The notes: a model not told the origin generated them from the sequence alone. Positions 19,862 to 30,768 are shown, counted from the first letter of the stretch. The stretch is DNA of 64,000 nucleotides from Candidatus Micrarchaeota archaeon (GCA_021796225.1 JAJYOL010000001.1:3471-67470); one strand, 5' to 3'. Numbers and translations: made by a program.

Positions 19862-20488
19862 TCATCTGCCAAGCTCGGTGACACTGAGATTTCCATAAAG
19901 CGTTTCGTTTGCCGTCAAAAGCGCTGCCATCTTAACAGGAATTATGGTGCTCATATTCTGTGAAAAGGTCGTTTCAAACGTGTAGCTTCTTATGTCGTTG
20001 CTCAGATTCAACGCTATGTTTCCATTTCCCGCGGCGAGTGTTACCGTTTGCGGAAGCAATACTGCAATTCCGGAAGTGAAGTTTATGCACGATCTTTCAG
20101 TGGTATTGAACGATGAATACAGGTTTCCGTATATTGCAAAAGTGTTCGCCGTTCCCGATTCTACGACAACCGTGCTTCCCATCGGGTAAAACGTGCTGAC
20201 GGAATTATTATTCTGGAATAACGATATCTTCTTTGAAATCGACTGCACGACGTTTGCCATAACCGAGGAATTCCCGCACGCGGATGTGGCCGTTATATTC
20301 ATGAACGGAGTGTAACCGAACACGATTGCATTTCCGGTTCCCGTAGCGTATCCAACGGGCTTACCGATAGTCGTAGTGCTCGCGCTCTTTATCGGAGCAC
20401 CAAAATTAAATACGGTAGAATAAGAGACTACGAATATGATCCCGAATATCACTGCAAATAGGATTTTGACAAGTTTTCCTTTTTCCAT
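19862..20488 (-). CDS. Secreted or membrane-anchored protein with N-glycosylation sequons
   Basis: N-terminal TM helix, Ser/Thr/Asn-rich, many N-x-S/T sites. Confidence 0.5.
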   Translation of the reverse strand: MEKGKLVKILFAVIFGIIFVVSYSTVFNFGAPIKSASTTTIGKPVGYATGTGNAIVFGYTPFMNITATSACGNSSVMANVVQSISKKISLFQNNNSVSTFYPMGSTVVVESGTANTFAIYGNLYSSFNTTERSCINFTSGIAVLLPQTVTLAAGNGNIALNLSNDIRSYTFETTFSQNMSTIIPVKMAALLTANETLYGNLSVTELGR

Positions 20489-20645
20489 CGATTCACCATT
20501 GTTGATGACCTGCTAAGGGTTATATCCACCGCTACGCGACCATTTTTATATCTTATGCGAGCATTATCTATAAATTCATAGCGGCAGGCACCCCTCTTCC
20601 AGCGGATTCCGCAAAGGAAGCTTTAGGTGCCAATGTTATGAGAAC

Positions 20646-21356
20646 ATGAGTGATTGCATGAGCTTTAAGGATGGAGATTTTGTAAAGGTTGAATACAGCG
20701 CGTGGAGAGGTTCCGACGGTTCTCTTGCTTATACTACGGATAAGAGCGTAGCCGAAAAGAACGGTGCGAGCACGGAAGGCAATACCTACGGCCCGCGTCT
20801 CGTCGTCATTGGCAAAAATACGATAATCAAGGGTGCGGAGAAGGCCATAACGGAAATGAATGTCAATGAGACCAAGAAGGTCGAAATAGAACCGCAGGAT
20901 GCATTCGGCGAACGCGATTCTGCACTCGTGCGCGTAATGCACGTTGCGGATTTCAGAAAGCGCGATATAGAGCCGCATGCAGGAATGCAGGTGGATCTCG
21001 ACGGAAACATCGCAACCATAACGAGCGTGAATTCCGGGAGAGTGACTGTGGATCTCAATCATGTACTTGCAGGAGAGAAGCTTACCTATGAGATAAAGGT
21101 TGTCGAAAAGGTAGATGCACCAGATGCGAAGGTTTCCGCGCTTGCAAAAATGAGCAGCCTGGATCCCAGTGCAGTGAAGGTATCCGGTTCTTCAGCAGAA
21201 GTCTCATTCAACGAAAAGACCGAGAAGGATGCGAATTATTTCATAAACAAGTCCGCCATGGTCAATTCCATATTGAGATACATGCCCGACATAAGCAAGG
21301 TACTGGTTAACGAGGAGTATACAAGGCAGAAGGAAAATGCTCCCGCTAACGCCTGA
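20646..21356 (+). CDS. FKBP-type peptidyl-prolyl cis-trans isomerase (SlyD-like, long archaeal form)
   Basis: DGDFVKVEYSAW...DG, and VDLNHVLAGEKLTYEIKVVEK. Confidence 0.8.
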   Translation: MSDCMSFKDGDFVKVEYSAWRGSDGSLAYTTDKSVAEKNGASTEGNTYGPRLVVIGKNTIIKGAEKAITEMNVNETKKVEIEPQDAFGERDSALVRVMHVADFRKRDIEPHAGMQVDLDGNIATITSVNSGRVTVDLNHVLAGEKLTYEIKVVEKVDAPDAKVSALAKMSSLDPSAVKVSGSSAEVSFNEKTEKDANYFINKSAMVNSILRYMPDISKVLVNEEYTRQKENAPANA

Positions 21357-21380
21357 TTTTGTAAAATAAAAAACGGGGCA

Positions 21381-21572
21381 CTATGCGTTTATGTTTATCG
21401 CATATGTGCCGTTTACTTTTATCCCGAGCTTTTTGGCTATCTCCGATTTCTCGGCATCCAGTATTACTATATAGCCGCTCCATTTGGAAGTAAGCTGATC
21501 GGAACCGCATACAGGGCATACCGTACCCTGCGTTATTATGAGCCTGCAGTTCTTACACGCTTGGTCTACCAT
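21381..21572 (-). CDS. spt4: Transcription elongation factor Spt4 / RNA polymerase subunit E''
   Basis: 63 aa. Zn ribbon CKNC...CPVCGS and conserved SEIAKKLGIKVNGTYAI. Confidence 0.75.
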   Translation of the reverse strand: MVDQACKNCRLIITQGTVCPVCGSDQLTSKWSGYIVILDAEKSEIAKKLGIKVNGTYAININA

Positions 21573-21578
21573 AAAATA

Positions 21579-22172
21579 TCACTTCTTCTTGCCGCCTCTT
21601 CCTCCTCTCGGGGCGCCGCCTCTCCTTTCACGTGCCTTGGTCTCCTTCATCCATTCCGGCTTGCCAAGTCCGTCAGGCCTCATTGTAAGTGCAATCTTCG
21701 TATCCTTTATGTTGTTCTTCAGGCTGATGGTCGATACTTTTGCGAGAACCGTGTCGCCTTTCTTAAGGCTCTTTCCGCTGTTCTTCGACACGAAAAAGCC
21801 CCCTCTCTTGTCATAGCTTATGAAATCGCTAGTAATCTGCGAAAGGTGCACGAGTCCTTCTATCGGCCCTATGCGCACGAAGCATCCGAAGTCTACGAGT
21901 TCAGAAACCTCTCCAGCGACTATCTCATCAACTTCGACATTAAATGTAAGAACGTCAAACGTGACGTCGTTGTGCGTTGCGGGATCTCCCGGAACCAGAT
22001 GTCCGTCGCTGATATCCCTCACATTGAATAAGGCTATTATTATCCCGAGATCCTTGTCTATGGTTCTCTCGTATTTCCTTCTGAGTATCTCTTCCGCAGA
22101 CTTCTTGACGTCTTCCCCAAAATAGTTCGGGGTTATGCTTATCGTATCCTGTATCGTGTTAATGTAATACAA
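21579..22172 (-). CDS. rpoE: DNA-directed RNA polymerase subunit E' (Rpb7-like, S1 domain)
   Basis: S1-domain GDTVLAKV, Gly/Arg/Lys-rich C-terminal tail, adjacent to spt4. The start is uncertain (TTG at 22172 or ATG at 22232; the ORF track extends to 22256). Confidence 0.75.
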   Translation of the reverse strand: MYYINTIQDTISITPNYFGEDVKKSAEEILRRKYERTIDKDLGIIIALFNVRDISDGHLVPGDPATHNDVTFDVLTFNVEVDEIVAGEVSELVDFGCFVRIGPIEGLVHLSQITSDFISYDKRGGFFVSKNSGKSLKKGDTVLAKVSTISLKNNIKDTKIALTMRPDGLGKPEWMKETKARERRGGAPRGGRGGKKK

Positions 22173-22242
22173 TTTCTCACCAAAAGTAACGCGTAATAAA
22201 AAGAAAACCGCAATATAATATGCCAGATGCATATTTATAATG

Positions 22243-22608
22243 TTATCTGAGGGCACCGGTACGTGAAATACTGAATACCGTTATGCCTTTGTTTTTAAGC
22301 CTCTCCTTGAGTTTCATGTCGTTGGTGCATACGGCTTCCTCTCCCGGCTTTACGCTCCCGACAAGCCAGTCGTCCACATTTCCATTGCTGCTTGCAACGG
22401 TGACATGCGCCCCGCTTATAAGGGCAAGGCCTGCATTGGCGTGTTTCGCAAATTTTCCCGTACCCGATCCTATGCCCTTCAATTCTCCAAGCACGCCGCT
22501 GGGAATCACTATCTCGCAACCTGGCAAGCCTTCCCGTATCCCTGCGAGAGGATCCTTCCTATTCGACAGTGCAAATACTATAGAACTGGTATCTACGAAC
22601 ACGCGCAT
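22243..22608 (-). CDS. PIN-domain protein conserved upstream of rpoE'
   Basis: 121 aa. N-terminal acidic D (VFVDTSSIV); PIN-like pattern. Confidence 0.65.
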   Translation of the reverse strand: MRVFVDTSSIVFALSNRKDPLAGIREGLPGCEIVIPSGVLGELKGIGSGTGKFAKHANAGLALISGAHVTVASSNGNVDDWLVGSVKPGEEAVCTNDMKLKERLKNKGITVFSISRTGALR

Positions 22609-22670
22609 AACTATTAAATAGCTTTATCAAAATACATATACGTTTCGCACAGGGCGAATCGGTGTTTTAA

Positions 22671-23540
22671 TTGTTTGACCTATATCAATTATTCGTATCA
22701 GTAGTGCTGGGCATAGTGCAGGGCATATCGGAATGGCTGCCGATAAGCAGCAAAACGCAGATAATCATAGTCTCAACCGAGCTCATGCACATATCGTTCC
22801 AGCAGGCGTATGCGTTCGGCCTCTTCATGGAAATAGGCACGATACTCGCAGCCGTGATATACTTCAGAAAGGAGCTTTACACGCTGATAATGGTGCTCAT
22901 AGGCAGGGCGCACGGAGAAGACAGGCGCCTTTTCAATTTCGTTCTGATATCAACTGCCGTTACCGGGATAATAGCCGTACCGCTTTATCTCATAGTCGAC
23001 AAGATATCCGGTGGTTACAATATAGGCATACCGATGATACTTCTGGGTTTGATACTGTTCGGCGACGCACTGCTTATCAGGCACTCACGCTCAAAATATG
23101 CAATAGACAAGAACAGAAAGCAGCTTAGCAACATAGGCATAAAGGAGTACATACTCGTAGGCATAGCACAGGGTCTTGCGGCCCTTCCCGGAGTAAGCAG
23201 ATCCGGTGCGACTACCAGCACGATGCTTCTATTGAACATGGAAGCGAACGAGGCATTCCGCCTTTCCTTCCTTGACATGATATTCGCAACTACCGCGGCA
23301 GTTTTCGTCACGCTGATATTCAGCGGCGGAAGCGTTCACACTGCCGTAGCCGATGTCGGCATATACGGGCTTCTCGTTTCGATAGTAATCGCAACCATAG
23401 TAAGTTTGTTCCTAATAGATTTCCTGCTCAACATGGCAAAGAAGTCGAAGATAGTTTATTTCATCGCGGCTCTCGGATTCATAGCGCTGATTGGGGGAAT
23501 AATAATAACATTCTTCCCTCTCGGATTCAGTGCGGGCTGA
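22671..23540 (+). CDS. uppP: Undecaprenyl-diphosphatase (BacA/UppP family)
   Basis: GISEWLPISSKTQ and PGVSRSGATTST motifs; 8 TM helices. Confidence 0.85.
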   Translation: MFDLYQLFVSVVLGIVQGISEWLPISSKTQIIIVSTELMHISFQQAYAFGLFMEIGTILAAVIYFRKELYTLIMVLIGRAHGEDRRLFNFVLISTAVTGIIAVPLYLIVDKISGGYNIGIPMILLGLILFGDALLIRHSRSKYAIDKNRKQLSNIGIKEYILVGIAQGLAALPGVSRSGATTSTMLLLNMEANEAFRLSFLDMIFATTAAVFVTLIFSGGSVHTAVADVGIYGLLVSIVIATIVSLFLIDFLLNMAKKSKIVYFIAALGFIALIGGIIITFFPLGFSAG

Positions 23541-23550
23541 GTGAAGTTTT

Positions 23551-23955
23551 ATGGAACTCGACATGTATGCGGAAGAAATGATTTCGAATTACGAAAATCC
23601 TTCTCACAAGCGCAAGCTCGACTCTCCATCCGCAAAAGACCACGAGGAGAACATATCCTGCGGAGACAAAATCGATGTATATGTAAAAATAACGGACGGA
23701 AAGATTGCGGACATGAGTTTTGAAGGAAGCGGCTGCGTCATATCGATGGGCACGGCCAACATGGTTGCCGACGCAGTCAAAGGCAAGCCTCTTTCTTCAA
23801 TAGAGAAAATGGGCAAAAAGGAACTGCTCAAGATAATCAACGTGGATCCCGGCCCCGTGCGCATGCACTGCGCAACGCTTGTGCTCCGCGCTCTGAAGTA
23901 CGCCGTCCTGAGCTACGAGAAAAAACCTATCGATGCGGATACGAAAGATCTGTAA
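23551..23955 (+). CDS. NifU/IscU-like Fe-S cluster assembly scaffold
   Basis: Three conserved Cys (CGD, GSGCVIS, HCATL). Confidence 0.75.
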   Translation: MELDMYAEEMISNYENPSHKRKLDSPSAKDHEENISCGDKIDVYVKITDGKIADMSFEGSGCVISMGTANMVADAVKGKPLSSIEKMGKKELLKIINVDPGPVRMHCATLVLRALKYAVLSYEKKPIDADTKDL

Positions 23956-23959
23956 CTTA

Positions 23960-24682
23960 TCATTCCAGACGTATTTCTATCCTCTTGCTGTGGGCCCCGT
24001 TGTTCTTGTACCCGTTAAGCACGATTTTTCCTAGTTCTTTTATGTTATCAACATGAAGGCCTCCATCCGCTTGCGAGTCAAGCCCTTCTATTTCCACTAT
24101 CCGCACCCTCTCAAGCCTGTTTATCAATTCCCGTCCGGGAGCGGTTCTTGCAAGATCAGGTATTTTCAAGGCTTCATCCCTGCTTATTTCTTTTACAAGG
24201 ACGCGCCTTCCGTTCAAGATTTCTTCGTTTGCCTTGTCTATTATCTGCTGTCCAAGCTCCTTGTTCAGCGTAGGCATGTCAAAATCCATCCTTGCCCTGT
24301 CCTTGTATATCTGGCCGCCGGTCATGATGCCGTTGCTGCTGAAGCTCTTTATGGTTACGGCATCGACAAGGTGCAATGCCGTATGATATTTCATGTAAGC
24401 GTATCTCGTATCCCAGTCTATGATTCCGTGCACACTGTCCCCTTCCTTCAATCCGTTCGCATCCTGAACGGTATGCACAACGTCATCGCCGTCTTTCTTA
24501 ACGTCTACAATCTGTAATTCCCCATTGCCGAATACCAGCTTTCCTATATCATTAGGCTGTCCTCCGCCCGTGGGATAGAACGCAGTTCTGTCAAGATACA
24601 CGGAATTGCCGTCCAGTTTCACTACTGTGGCATCGAACTCCTTCATTTTCATGTCCTTCAGGTAAAGCTTCTCGGTCATCTT
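23960..24682 (-). CDS. alaX: Alanyl-tRNA editing protein AlaX-like
   Basis: Zn-binding HTALHLV and GGLHV motifs. Start moved to Met MTEKLY so that it does not overlap tRNA-Gln. Confidence 0.75.
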   Translation of the reverse strand, partial: KMTEKLYLKDMKMKEFDATVVKLDGNSVYLDRTAFYPTGGGQPNDIGKLVFGNGELQIVDVKKDGDDVVHTVQDANGLKEGDSVHGIIDWDTRYAYMKYHTALHLVDAVTIKSFSSNGIMTGGQIYKDRARMDFDMPTLNKELGQQIIDKANEEILNGRRVLVKEISRDEALKIPDLARTAPGRELINRLERVRIVEIEGLDSQADGGLHVDNIKELGKIVLNGYKNNGAHSKRIEIRLE

Positions 24683-24742
24683 CTCACACGGGTATATATG
24701 TGATAATAAATATTTAAGGGTTCGAGATATAACAGGTATTGG

Positions 24743-24815
24743 ATATATGCAGAGTCCCGTCATCTAGTGGCCAAGGATCGCGGGCTTTGGACCCGCGTAC
24801 GCCAGTTCGAATCTG
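24743..24815 (+). tRNA. tRNA-Gln(UUG)
   Basis: Acceptor AGTCCCG/CGGGACT. Anticodon stem GCGGG/CCCGC with loop CTTTGGA. T-arm GCCAG-TTCGAAT-CTGGC. Confidence 0.8.
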
Positions 24816-24894
24816 GCCGGGACTATCCTGTGATGAGACGAGGTATTTCTGATTTGTGAAGACAAAGAGAGTCGCTGAGGTATATCCAAACTTT

Positions 24895-26370
24895 TCAGTA
24901 GGATCTTGCAAAATTAGCTCTTTCCTCTGCAGGCTTGCCGCAGTATATGCATTTTGAAGAAATTTTCTTCTGCCCTATCGGTATGTTGGTAACCTTCGCC
25001 CCAGTTTCGGATTTTATCTTAGTTTCGCATTCGACGCTTCCGCACCACGGCGCGCTTACCATGCCTTTTTTGCTTGTCAGCATTTCCTTCAAAGTGTCGT
25101 AATCATCCGCTTCGTGCACGTACGATTGCAGCATCTTTTCCGCTTTCTCGTACATGCTTTCGTGCATTTCCGATATTATGCTTTCAATGCGTGATGAAAG
25201 GGAATCGGCGGGCACTTCTTCCTTGGCACCGGTATCCCTTCTCGCAACGGATACGACCTTGCGTTCCATTTCCTTCGGGCCGATTTCTATCCTAAGAGGT
25301 ATTCCCTTAAGCTCCCAGTCATTGAATTTGTATCCCGGCGAATATCCTTCCCTGTCATCCACTCTGCAGCGGAATTTTTTCTTAAGTGAAGCGTTTATCT
25401 CTTCGGCAAACTTTAGCACTTCCGAGCTGCCTTCCTTTCTAAGAATAGGTATTACGATTATCTGTATGTATGCGAGCTTCGGCGGAAGTACGAGCCCTTT
25501 GTTATCGCCATGCACGGCGACCATCACTCCGAGCTCGCGTGTCGATATCGCATAAGTATTCTGCCATGCAAACTGCTTCTTGCCTTCCTTGTCCAAAAAG
25601 CTTATCCCGAACGCCTTGGCGAAGTTCTGCCCGTCAAGATGGAAATCCGGACCTTGCAATGCCCATCCGTCCGGCATCATGTGCTCTATGCTGTAACTTG
25701 CAACCGCTCCCGCAAATTTTTCCCCGTCGCTCTTCTTTCCGAGTATTCCCGGAAGTGCGAAGTATTCCCTAAGCGTTTTAAGATATATCCCAAGTATCGC
25801 GTCGCGTTCAGCCGTTGCTTCCTCTTCCGTTGCGAAGACGCTGTGTCCTTCATTCCACAGGAACTCCCGCGATCTTATGAAAGGCGTAGGATGCTTGAAT
25901 TCCCATCTCAACACATTATTCCATTGATTGAATCTAAGAGGTAAATCCCTCCACGATCTTATCCATTTCGAATAGCTCTTGTACATTATCGTTTCGGAAG
26001 TCGGACGTATTGCCAGCCTCTCTTCCAGTTTCGTATTTCCCGTTTCCGTAACCCATGCAACTTCAGGAACGAATCCTTCAAAATGATCCTTTTCCTGTTC
26101 CAGCAATTTTTCCGGTATCAGGAGCGGAAAGTAAACGTCTTCAACGCCATTTTTCTTGAATTCTGAATCTACAACCTGCGTTACTATCTGCCATGCACCG
26201 TATGCGCTCGGCAGAAACACAAGCGATCCCGAAACGTCGCTATAGTCTATGAATCCGGATTTCAGCAGCACTTGCGTATACCATTCGGAGAAATTTTCCT
26301 CTTTCTTTACAGTAAGCCCTTTCTTATCCTGTTCCTGGTTCTGGCTTTTTGCATCCAATTTAAACACCAT
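24895..26370 (-). CDS. proS: Prolyl-tRNA synthetase, archaeal/eukaryotic type
   Basis: 491 aa. Class II motifs, LAIRPTSE, FIRSREFLWNEGH, C-terminal Zn-binding domain. Confidence 0.9.
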   Translation of the reverse strand: MVFKLDAKSQNQEQDKKGLTVKKEENFSEWYTQVLLKSGFIDYSDVSGSLVFLPSAYGAWQIVTQVVDSEFKKNGVEDVYFPLLIPEKLLEQEKDHFEGFVPEVAWVTETGNTKLEERLAIRPTSETIMYKSYSKWIRSWRDLPLRFNQWNNVLRWEFKHPTPFIRSREFLWNEGHSVFATEEEATAERDAILGIYLKTLREYFALPGILGKKSDGEKFAGAVASYSIEHMMPDGWALQGPDFHLDGQNFAKAFGISFLDKEGKKQFAWQNTYAISTRELGVMVAVHGDNKGLVLPPKLAYIQIIVIPILRKEGSSEVLKFAEEINASLKKKFRCRVDDREGYSPGYKFNDWELKGIPLRIEIGPKEMERKVVSVARRDTGAKEEVPADSLSSRIESIISEMHESMYEKAEKMLQSYVHEADDYDTLKEMLTSKKGMVSAPWCGSVECETKIKSETGAKVTNIPIGQKKISSKCIYCGKPAEERANFARSY

Positions 26371-26966
26371 CAGAAAGAAGTCCGTTCAGTTTTTTCACCA
26401 AGCGTCTGAAGCCTATGTAATGTATGCTGCATATCCCAACTTTACGGGCTTCCCTAACATTCCTTATGTCATTATCTATAAAAAGTATTTCTTCCGGTTT
26501 GACATTGAGTTTTTTCACAACCGTCCTGAATATTCTGCGTTCGGGTTTTGCCATGCGCATGTTGCATGACGTGAATCTTCGGTTAAAGATTGAAAAATCG
26601 AGAATCTTCCTCGTATACCTGTATTTTACGTGATCTATGTTGCTGAGGCATGCTATGCGATACTTTCCCTTGAGCTTCCTGATCAGTGCTACCGTATTGT
26701 CGATTATTCCTACGTGCTTCTTATAAAATTCAAGCCACTTGACATCCTTTCTGTTCATGCCCAAGCTCATCGCAACTCCCCTGTTGAAATCGCGCATTCC
26801 TATGCCGTCTTTTTCCATAAGCCTCGTATACCTGTACACGGTTTCCTTTGCCTTGTGCCAGCTTCTTCCGCTCACCCTGGAAATATAATCTATATAATGG
26901 TCATTGTTAACGTCGACTACGACTCCACCGAGGTCGAATAAGATTACCTTAAATTTTCTTTTCAAA
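26360..26966 (-). CDS. HAD-superfamily hydrolase (subfamily IA)
   Basis: Motif I ILFDLGGVVVD. Start assigned to TTG; the ORF-track N-terminal extension is not hydrophilic. Confidence 0.6.
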
Positions 26967-27054
26967 AAAACACCGAACGGCAACGCCGTACTGTCACAAT
27001 AGATATATAACAACACGTAAAGAATAAATAACAAACAATAGAAAGCAATACCAA

Positions 27055-27197
27055 GGGGTTGTTGCGTAACTTGGCAGCGCGGCAGGCTCCAGATGTTTAT
27101 TTGGAATCTATGAGCGAAATGCGATGATTAAGATTTGGAGCGATGATTTGTGATCAGGCGTTACCTGCAAATTCGGGTTCAAATCCCGACAACCCCA
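27055..27197 (+). tRNA. tRNA-Trp(CCA) with roughly 70-nt intron (about 27093..27162)
   Basis: Acceptor GGGGTTG/CAACCCC. D-arm GCGT/GCGC. Anticodon stem GCAGG/CCTGC with loop CTCCAG-A. T-arm TCGGG-TTCAAAT-CCCGA. Discriminator A. The intron contains internal direct repeats. Confidence 0.75.
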
Positions 27198-27303
27198 AAC
27201 TTTCTTTTCCCTGTACGCTTTCTGCACTGGCTGTGTGTATTCCGTTTCAATGCCGCGTGGTAATGTGTATAAATCTTCATTCAGATGTCTGCACGGGATA
27301 TAA

Positions 27304-27573
27304 ATGGAAAAATTAAGCGTAAAGGGATTGGCATTCGGCATAGGCGCTTCGTGGGGCATATACGTATTATGTGCTGGATGGATGGCATCATTCGGATGGC
27401 TTAACGCATTCGTTTCCGCACTCGGGACGATGTATATCGGATATGCTCCTGGATTCATAGGCGGAATAATCGGAGGCATATGGGCATTCTTCGACGGCGC
27501 GTCCGGCGGAGTGATCCTTGCCCTGGTTTACAACTGCTTTGTGAATTGGGAAAAGAAAAGGTCACGCAAGTAA
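27304..27573 (+). CDS. Small Gly-rich membrane protein
   Basis: 89 aa hydrophobic ORF; the alternative minus-strand ORF overlaps tRNA-Trp. Confidence 0.35.
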   Translation: MEKLSVKGLAFGIGASWGIYVLCAGWMASFGWLNAFVSALGTMYIGYAPGFIGGIIGGIWAFFDGASGGVILALVYNCFVNWEKKRSRK

Positions 27574-27730
27574 ATTCTTTTCATGTGAAGGAACCGTGCC
27601 GTTAGCTGTGTGTATTTAATAGTTGTCACGCATATAGCTTTTGTCAGAACGGTTTCTCTGCAGGTTTGTTTACCGATATCAATAAACGAATAGTGAATCT
27701 TCACACATTCTTTTTAGAAAAAGGGGTCTG

Positions 27731-29485
27731 ATGGTCCAATACAAATGGGTAGCTCTTTCAAACACGACGTTAGGCGTGTTAATGGCTAGCATAAATGCCA
27801 ACATTCTTCTTATTTCAATACCTGCGATATTCAACGGCATACATCTGAATCCGCTATCTGGCGATGCATTCCAGTATCTGCTATGGCTGCTATTCGGCTA
27901 CAACATAATAACGGCAACGCTCCTCGTCACGTTCGGCAAGCTTTCCGACATGTTCGGAAGGGTGAAACTCTACAATTTGGGGTTTCTCATATTCACCGTA
28001 GGTTCTATTCTCCTCGCGCTGACTCCAAGCACCGGTGCCGCCGGCGCAATGGAGCTAATACTCTTTCGCATAGTGCAGGCGGTAGGCGGGGCATTCATAT
28101 TTGCAAACAGCGCGGCGATACTCACGGACGCGTTTCCGCATAACGAACGCGGCAAGGCTCTCGGAATAAACCAGGTGGCGTTTCTCGTAGGGTCATTGCT
28201 CGGCCTTCTGCTCGGGGGAGTTCTCGCCGTAATCGATTGGAGGGTCGTCTTTCTGGTAAGCGTGCCTGTAGGAATAATCGGCACGATATGGTCGTACTTC
28301 AAGCTCAAGGAACTCGGCAAGCCGCAGACCGCTCACATAGACATATACGGAAATGCAACCTTCGCGATAGGCTTGACATTGCTGCTGGTAGGGGTTACTT
28401 ACGGCATGCTTCCTTACGGAAACAGCGTGATGGGCTGGAGCAGCCCGTTTGTACTGGCAACCATAACATCCGGCGCGCTGCTTTTGGTGGCATTCATTTT
28501 CATAGAAAGAAAGGTCAAAGACCCGATGTTCCGCCTTGAGCTCTTCCGCATACGCATGTTCACAGCTGCAAACGCTGCAGGAATGCTGGGTTCGATGGCA
28601 CGCGGAGGCGTGTTTCTCCTGCTGATTATCTTACTGCAGGGAATATGGCTTCCGCTTCACGGATACAATTTCGCCGAAACGCCATTCTGGTCCGGGATAT
28701 ACATGATACCGATGCTTATCGGATTTGTGATAATGGGTCCGCTGAGCGGCTGGCTGTCCGACAAGTACGGGGCTAGGTTTCTCGCCACGGCTGGCATGCT
28801 GATATCAGCATTCGCATTCGTCATGCTTGCAACGCTGCCATTCAACTTCACTTATTTCAGCTTCGCTTCCATCCTTCTCGTAATGGGTATAGGAAGCGGG
28901 ATGTTCGCGTCGCCGAATACCGCATCGATCATGAATGCTGTGCCACCTGAAAACAGGGGGGCGGCTTCCGGAATGCGCGCAACGCTGCAAAACACCGGCT
29001 CTACGGCAAGTCTTGCGATATTCTTTACCATAGTGATACTGGGCCTCGCATCTTCGCTGCCTCATGCACTTTCCAGTGCTATGACCGCCGCCGGCGCACC
29101 GCAGGTCGTATCGACTGACATAGCGCACATACCGCCGACATCCGCATTGTTCGGAGCATTCCTGGGTTATAATCCCGTCACATCCATGCTTGCACAGCTT
29201 CCCGCAAACGATACGCGTTCAATAAGCAACAGCACGCTGGCAACCGTGACATCGACCGATTGGTTCCCAAACACCATCGCACCTTCATTCATGAAATCGC
29301 TTGACGATTCATTTTACATAGGTGCAATCCTTTCATTCGTCGCGGCTTTCGCATCACTCTTCCGCGGGAAAAAATACGTGCATGGCGAAGGTTCTTCACT
29401 GGAGGAAACACTGCATGCTTCCGATGCGGCCGACGAAGCCCGCATACGCAAACTCGAGGAAGGCATCGACAGAAAACGCGGCTGA
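27731..29485 (+). CDS. MFS transporter (DHA2/EmrB-like, 14 TM)
   Basis: 584 aa; MFS signature around [11 protein letters not shown]. Confidence 0.85.
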   Translation: MVQYKWVALSNTTLGVLMASINANILLISIPAIFNGIHLNPLSGDAFQYLLWLLFGYNIITATLLVTFGKLSDMFGRVKLYNLGFLIFTVGSILLALTPSTGAAGAMELILFRIVQAVGGAFIFANSAAILTDAFPHNERGKALGINQVAFLVGSLLGLLLGGVLAVIDWRVVFLVSVPVGIIGTIWSYFKLKELGKPQTAHIDIYGNATFAIGLTLLLVGVTYGMLPYGNSVMGWSSPFVLATITSGALLLVAFIFIERKVKDPMFRLELFRIRMFTAANAAGMLGSMARGGVFLLLIILLQGIWLPLHGYNFAETPFWSGIYMIPMLIGFVIMGPLSGWLSDKYGARFLATAGMLISAFAFVMLATLPFNFTYFSFASILLVMGIGSGMFASPNTASIMNAVPPENRGAASGMRATLQNTGSTASLAIFFTIVILGLASSLPHALSSAMTAAGAPQVVSTDIAHIPPTSALFGAFLGYNPVTSMLAQLPANDTRSISNSTLATVTSTDWFPNTIAPSFMKSLDDSFYIGAILSFVAAFASLFRGKKYVHGEGSSLEETLHASDAADEARIRKLEEGIDRKRG

Positions 29486-29541
29486 CTTTTTATATCTCTC
29501 AATCAAGAAAGGTTTTAAATTTCCTACTCCTATTCCTTTCC

Positions 29542-30768
29542 ATGGGCATACTGATCAAGAATGCACTTGTCGTTTCTCAGGACAGGAAACGCAGCGTGCG
29601 TTACAACGATGTGTTAATCGAAGGAAATGTGATTGCCGAAGTATCTAAGAAAATACGCGTAAGCACGGATCGCGTGATAGACGGAACGGGCAAGCTGCTA
29701 ATGCCTGGACTGGTAAATACGCACACCCATGTCGCGATGGGAAGAATGCGCGGTCTCGTAGATGACGTTCCTCTCGGAGAATTTCTCAGCAGGACATCGC
29801 GCCTTGATTCAAAACAGACCGGCAAAACGATAAGACGCGGTGCCGAACTGGGGATCAATGAAATGATCCGCACCGGAACGACAACTTTCGTAGATCTTTA
29901 TTATTCCGAAGATATAATCGCAAGTGCCGCAGCAAAATCCGGGATGCGTGCGTTCCTTTCATGGGTCGCACTCGACAAAAAATATACGACACAAAAAGGC
30001 GATCCTTTGGAAAATGCCGAAAGATTCATAAGAAATTTCAGAAATAAGACCGGACTCGTGGTTCCTGGAATAGGATTGCAAGGCGTATACGTATGCGGCA
30101 GGGATACCATACTCAAGGCGAAGGAGATAGCGGAGAAATACGATTGCATAGTTCCGATGCATGTTTCGGAGAGCATATCTGAAATATCAGAATGCAAGAA
30201 ACGCACCGGTGCAACGCCTATTTCGTATCTGGAGAAAATAGGCGCTTTGCATGAAAAGCTCATTGCAGTGCATGCCGTGTATGCCTCTCAAAGCGACATA
30301 AGGAAACTGCGTTCAAATAACGTCAGCGTATCACATAATCCCACAAGCAATATGAAGCTGGGCAACGGTTTTGCCGCTCCTGTAACCGAAATGGCCGAAG
30401 GCGGTATAAATGTTTCATTGGGAACGGACAGCGTTGCAAGCAATAACGGGCTTGACATGTTCGGGGAAATGAAGGCTGCAGCGCTTCTGCAGAAGGCAAA
30501 AACAAGCGATCCGACTGCACTAACCGCACAACAATCGTTGGACATGGCTACCCTAAACGGCGCTAAGGCGATAGGGATGGCCGGCAGGCTTGGAAGTATA
30601 CAGGAAGGCATGCTTGCCGACGTCGTACTGCTTGATCCTGCACCAAACGGGCTTCCGTTGACTCCAGGCAACGCCGTATCTAATATAGTCTATGCACTTA
30701 ACGGGTTAAACGCGTGCGCCACGATAATAAACGGAAAAATAGCATGGCAACGCAAAACGGATTCCTAA
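29542..30768 (+). CDS. Amidohydrolase-family deaminase (MtaD-like)
   Basis: PGLVNTHTHVAMG metal-binding motif; about 408 aa. Confidence 0.7.
   Translation: MGILIKNALVVSQDRKRSVRYNDVLIEGNVIAEVSKKIRVSTDRVIDGTGKLLMPGLVNTHTHVAMGRMRGLVDDVPLGEFLSRTSRLDSKQTGKTIRRGAELGINEMIRTGTTTFVDLYYSEDIIASAAAKSGMRAFLSWVALDKKYTTQKGDPLENAERFIRNFRNKTGLVVPGIGLQGVYVCGRDTILKAKEIAEKYDCIVPMHVSESISEISECKKRTGATPISYLEKIGALHEKLIAVHAVYASQSDIRKLRSNNVSVSHNPTSNMKLGNGFAAPVTEMAEGGINVSLGTDSVASNNGLDMFGEMKAAALLQKAKTSDPTALTAQQSLDMATLNGAKAIGMAGRLGSIQEGMLADVVLLDPAPNGLPLTPGNAVSNIVYALNGLNACATIINGKIAWQRKTDS

Noticed and set aside
27093-27162. Confident box C/D sRNA call in the tRNA-Trp intron
   Set aside because: Only partial C-box-like GAUGAUU elements and no clear CUGA D box. 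It is kept as a hypothesis, not annotated as an ncRNA.
27108-27479. 123 aa minus-strand ORF
   Set aside because: Overlaps the intron-containing tRNA-Trp gene and a more plausible plus-strand membrane ORF.
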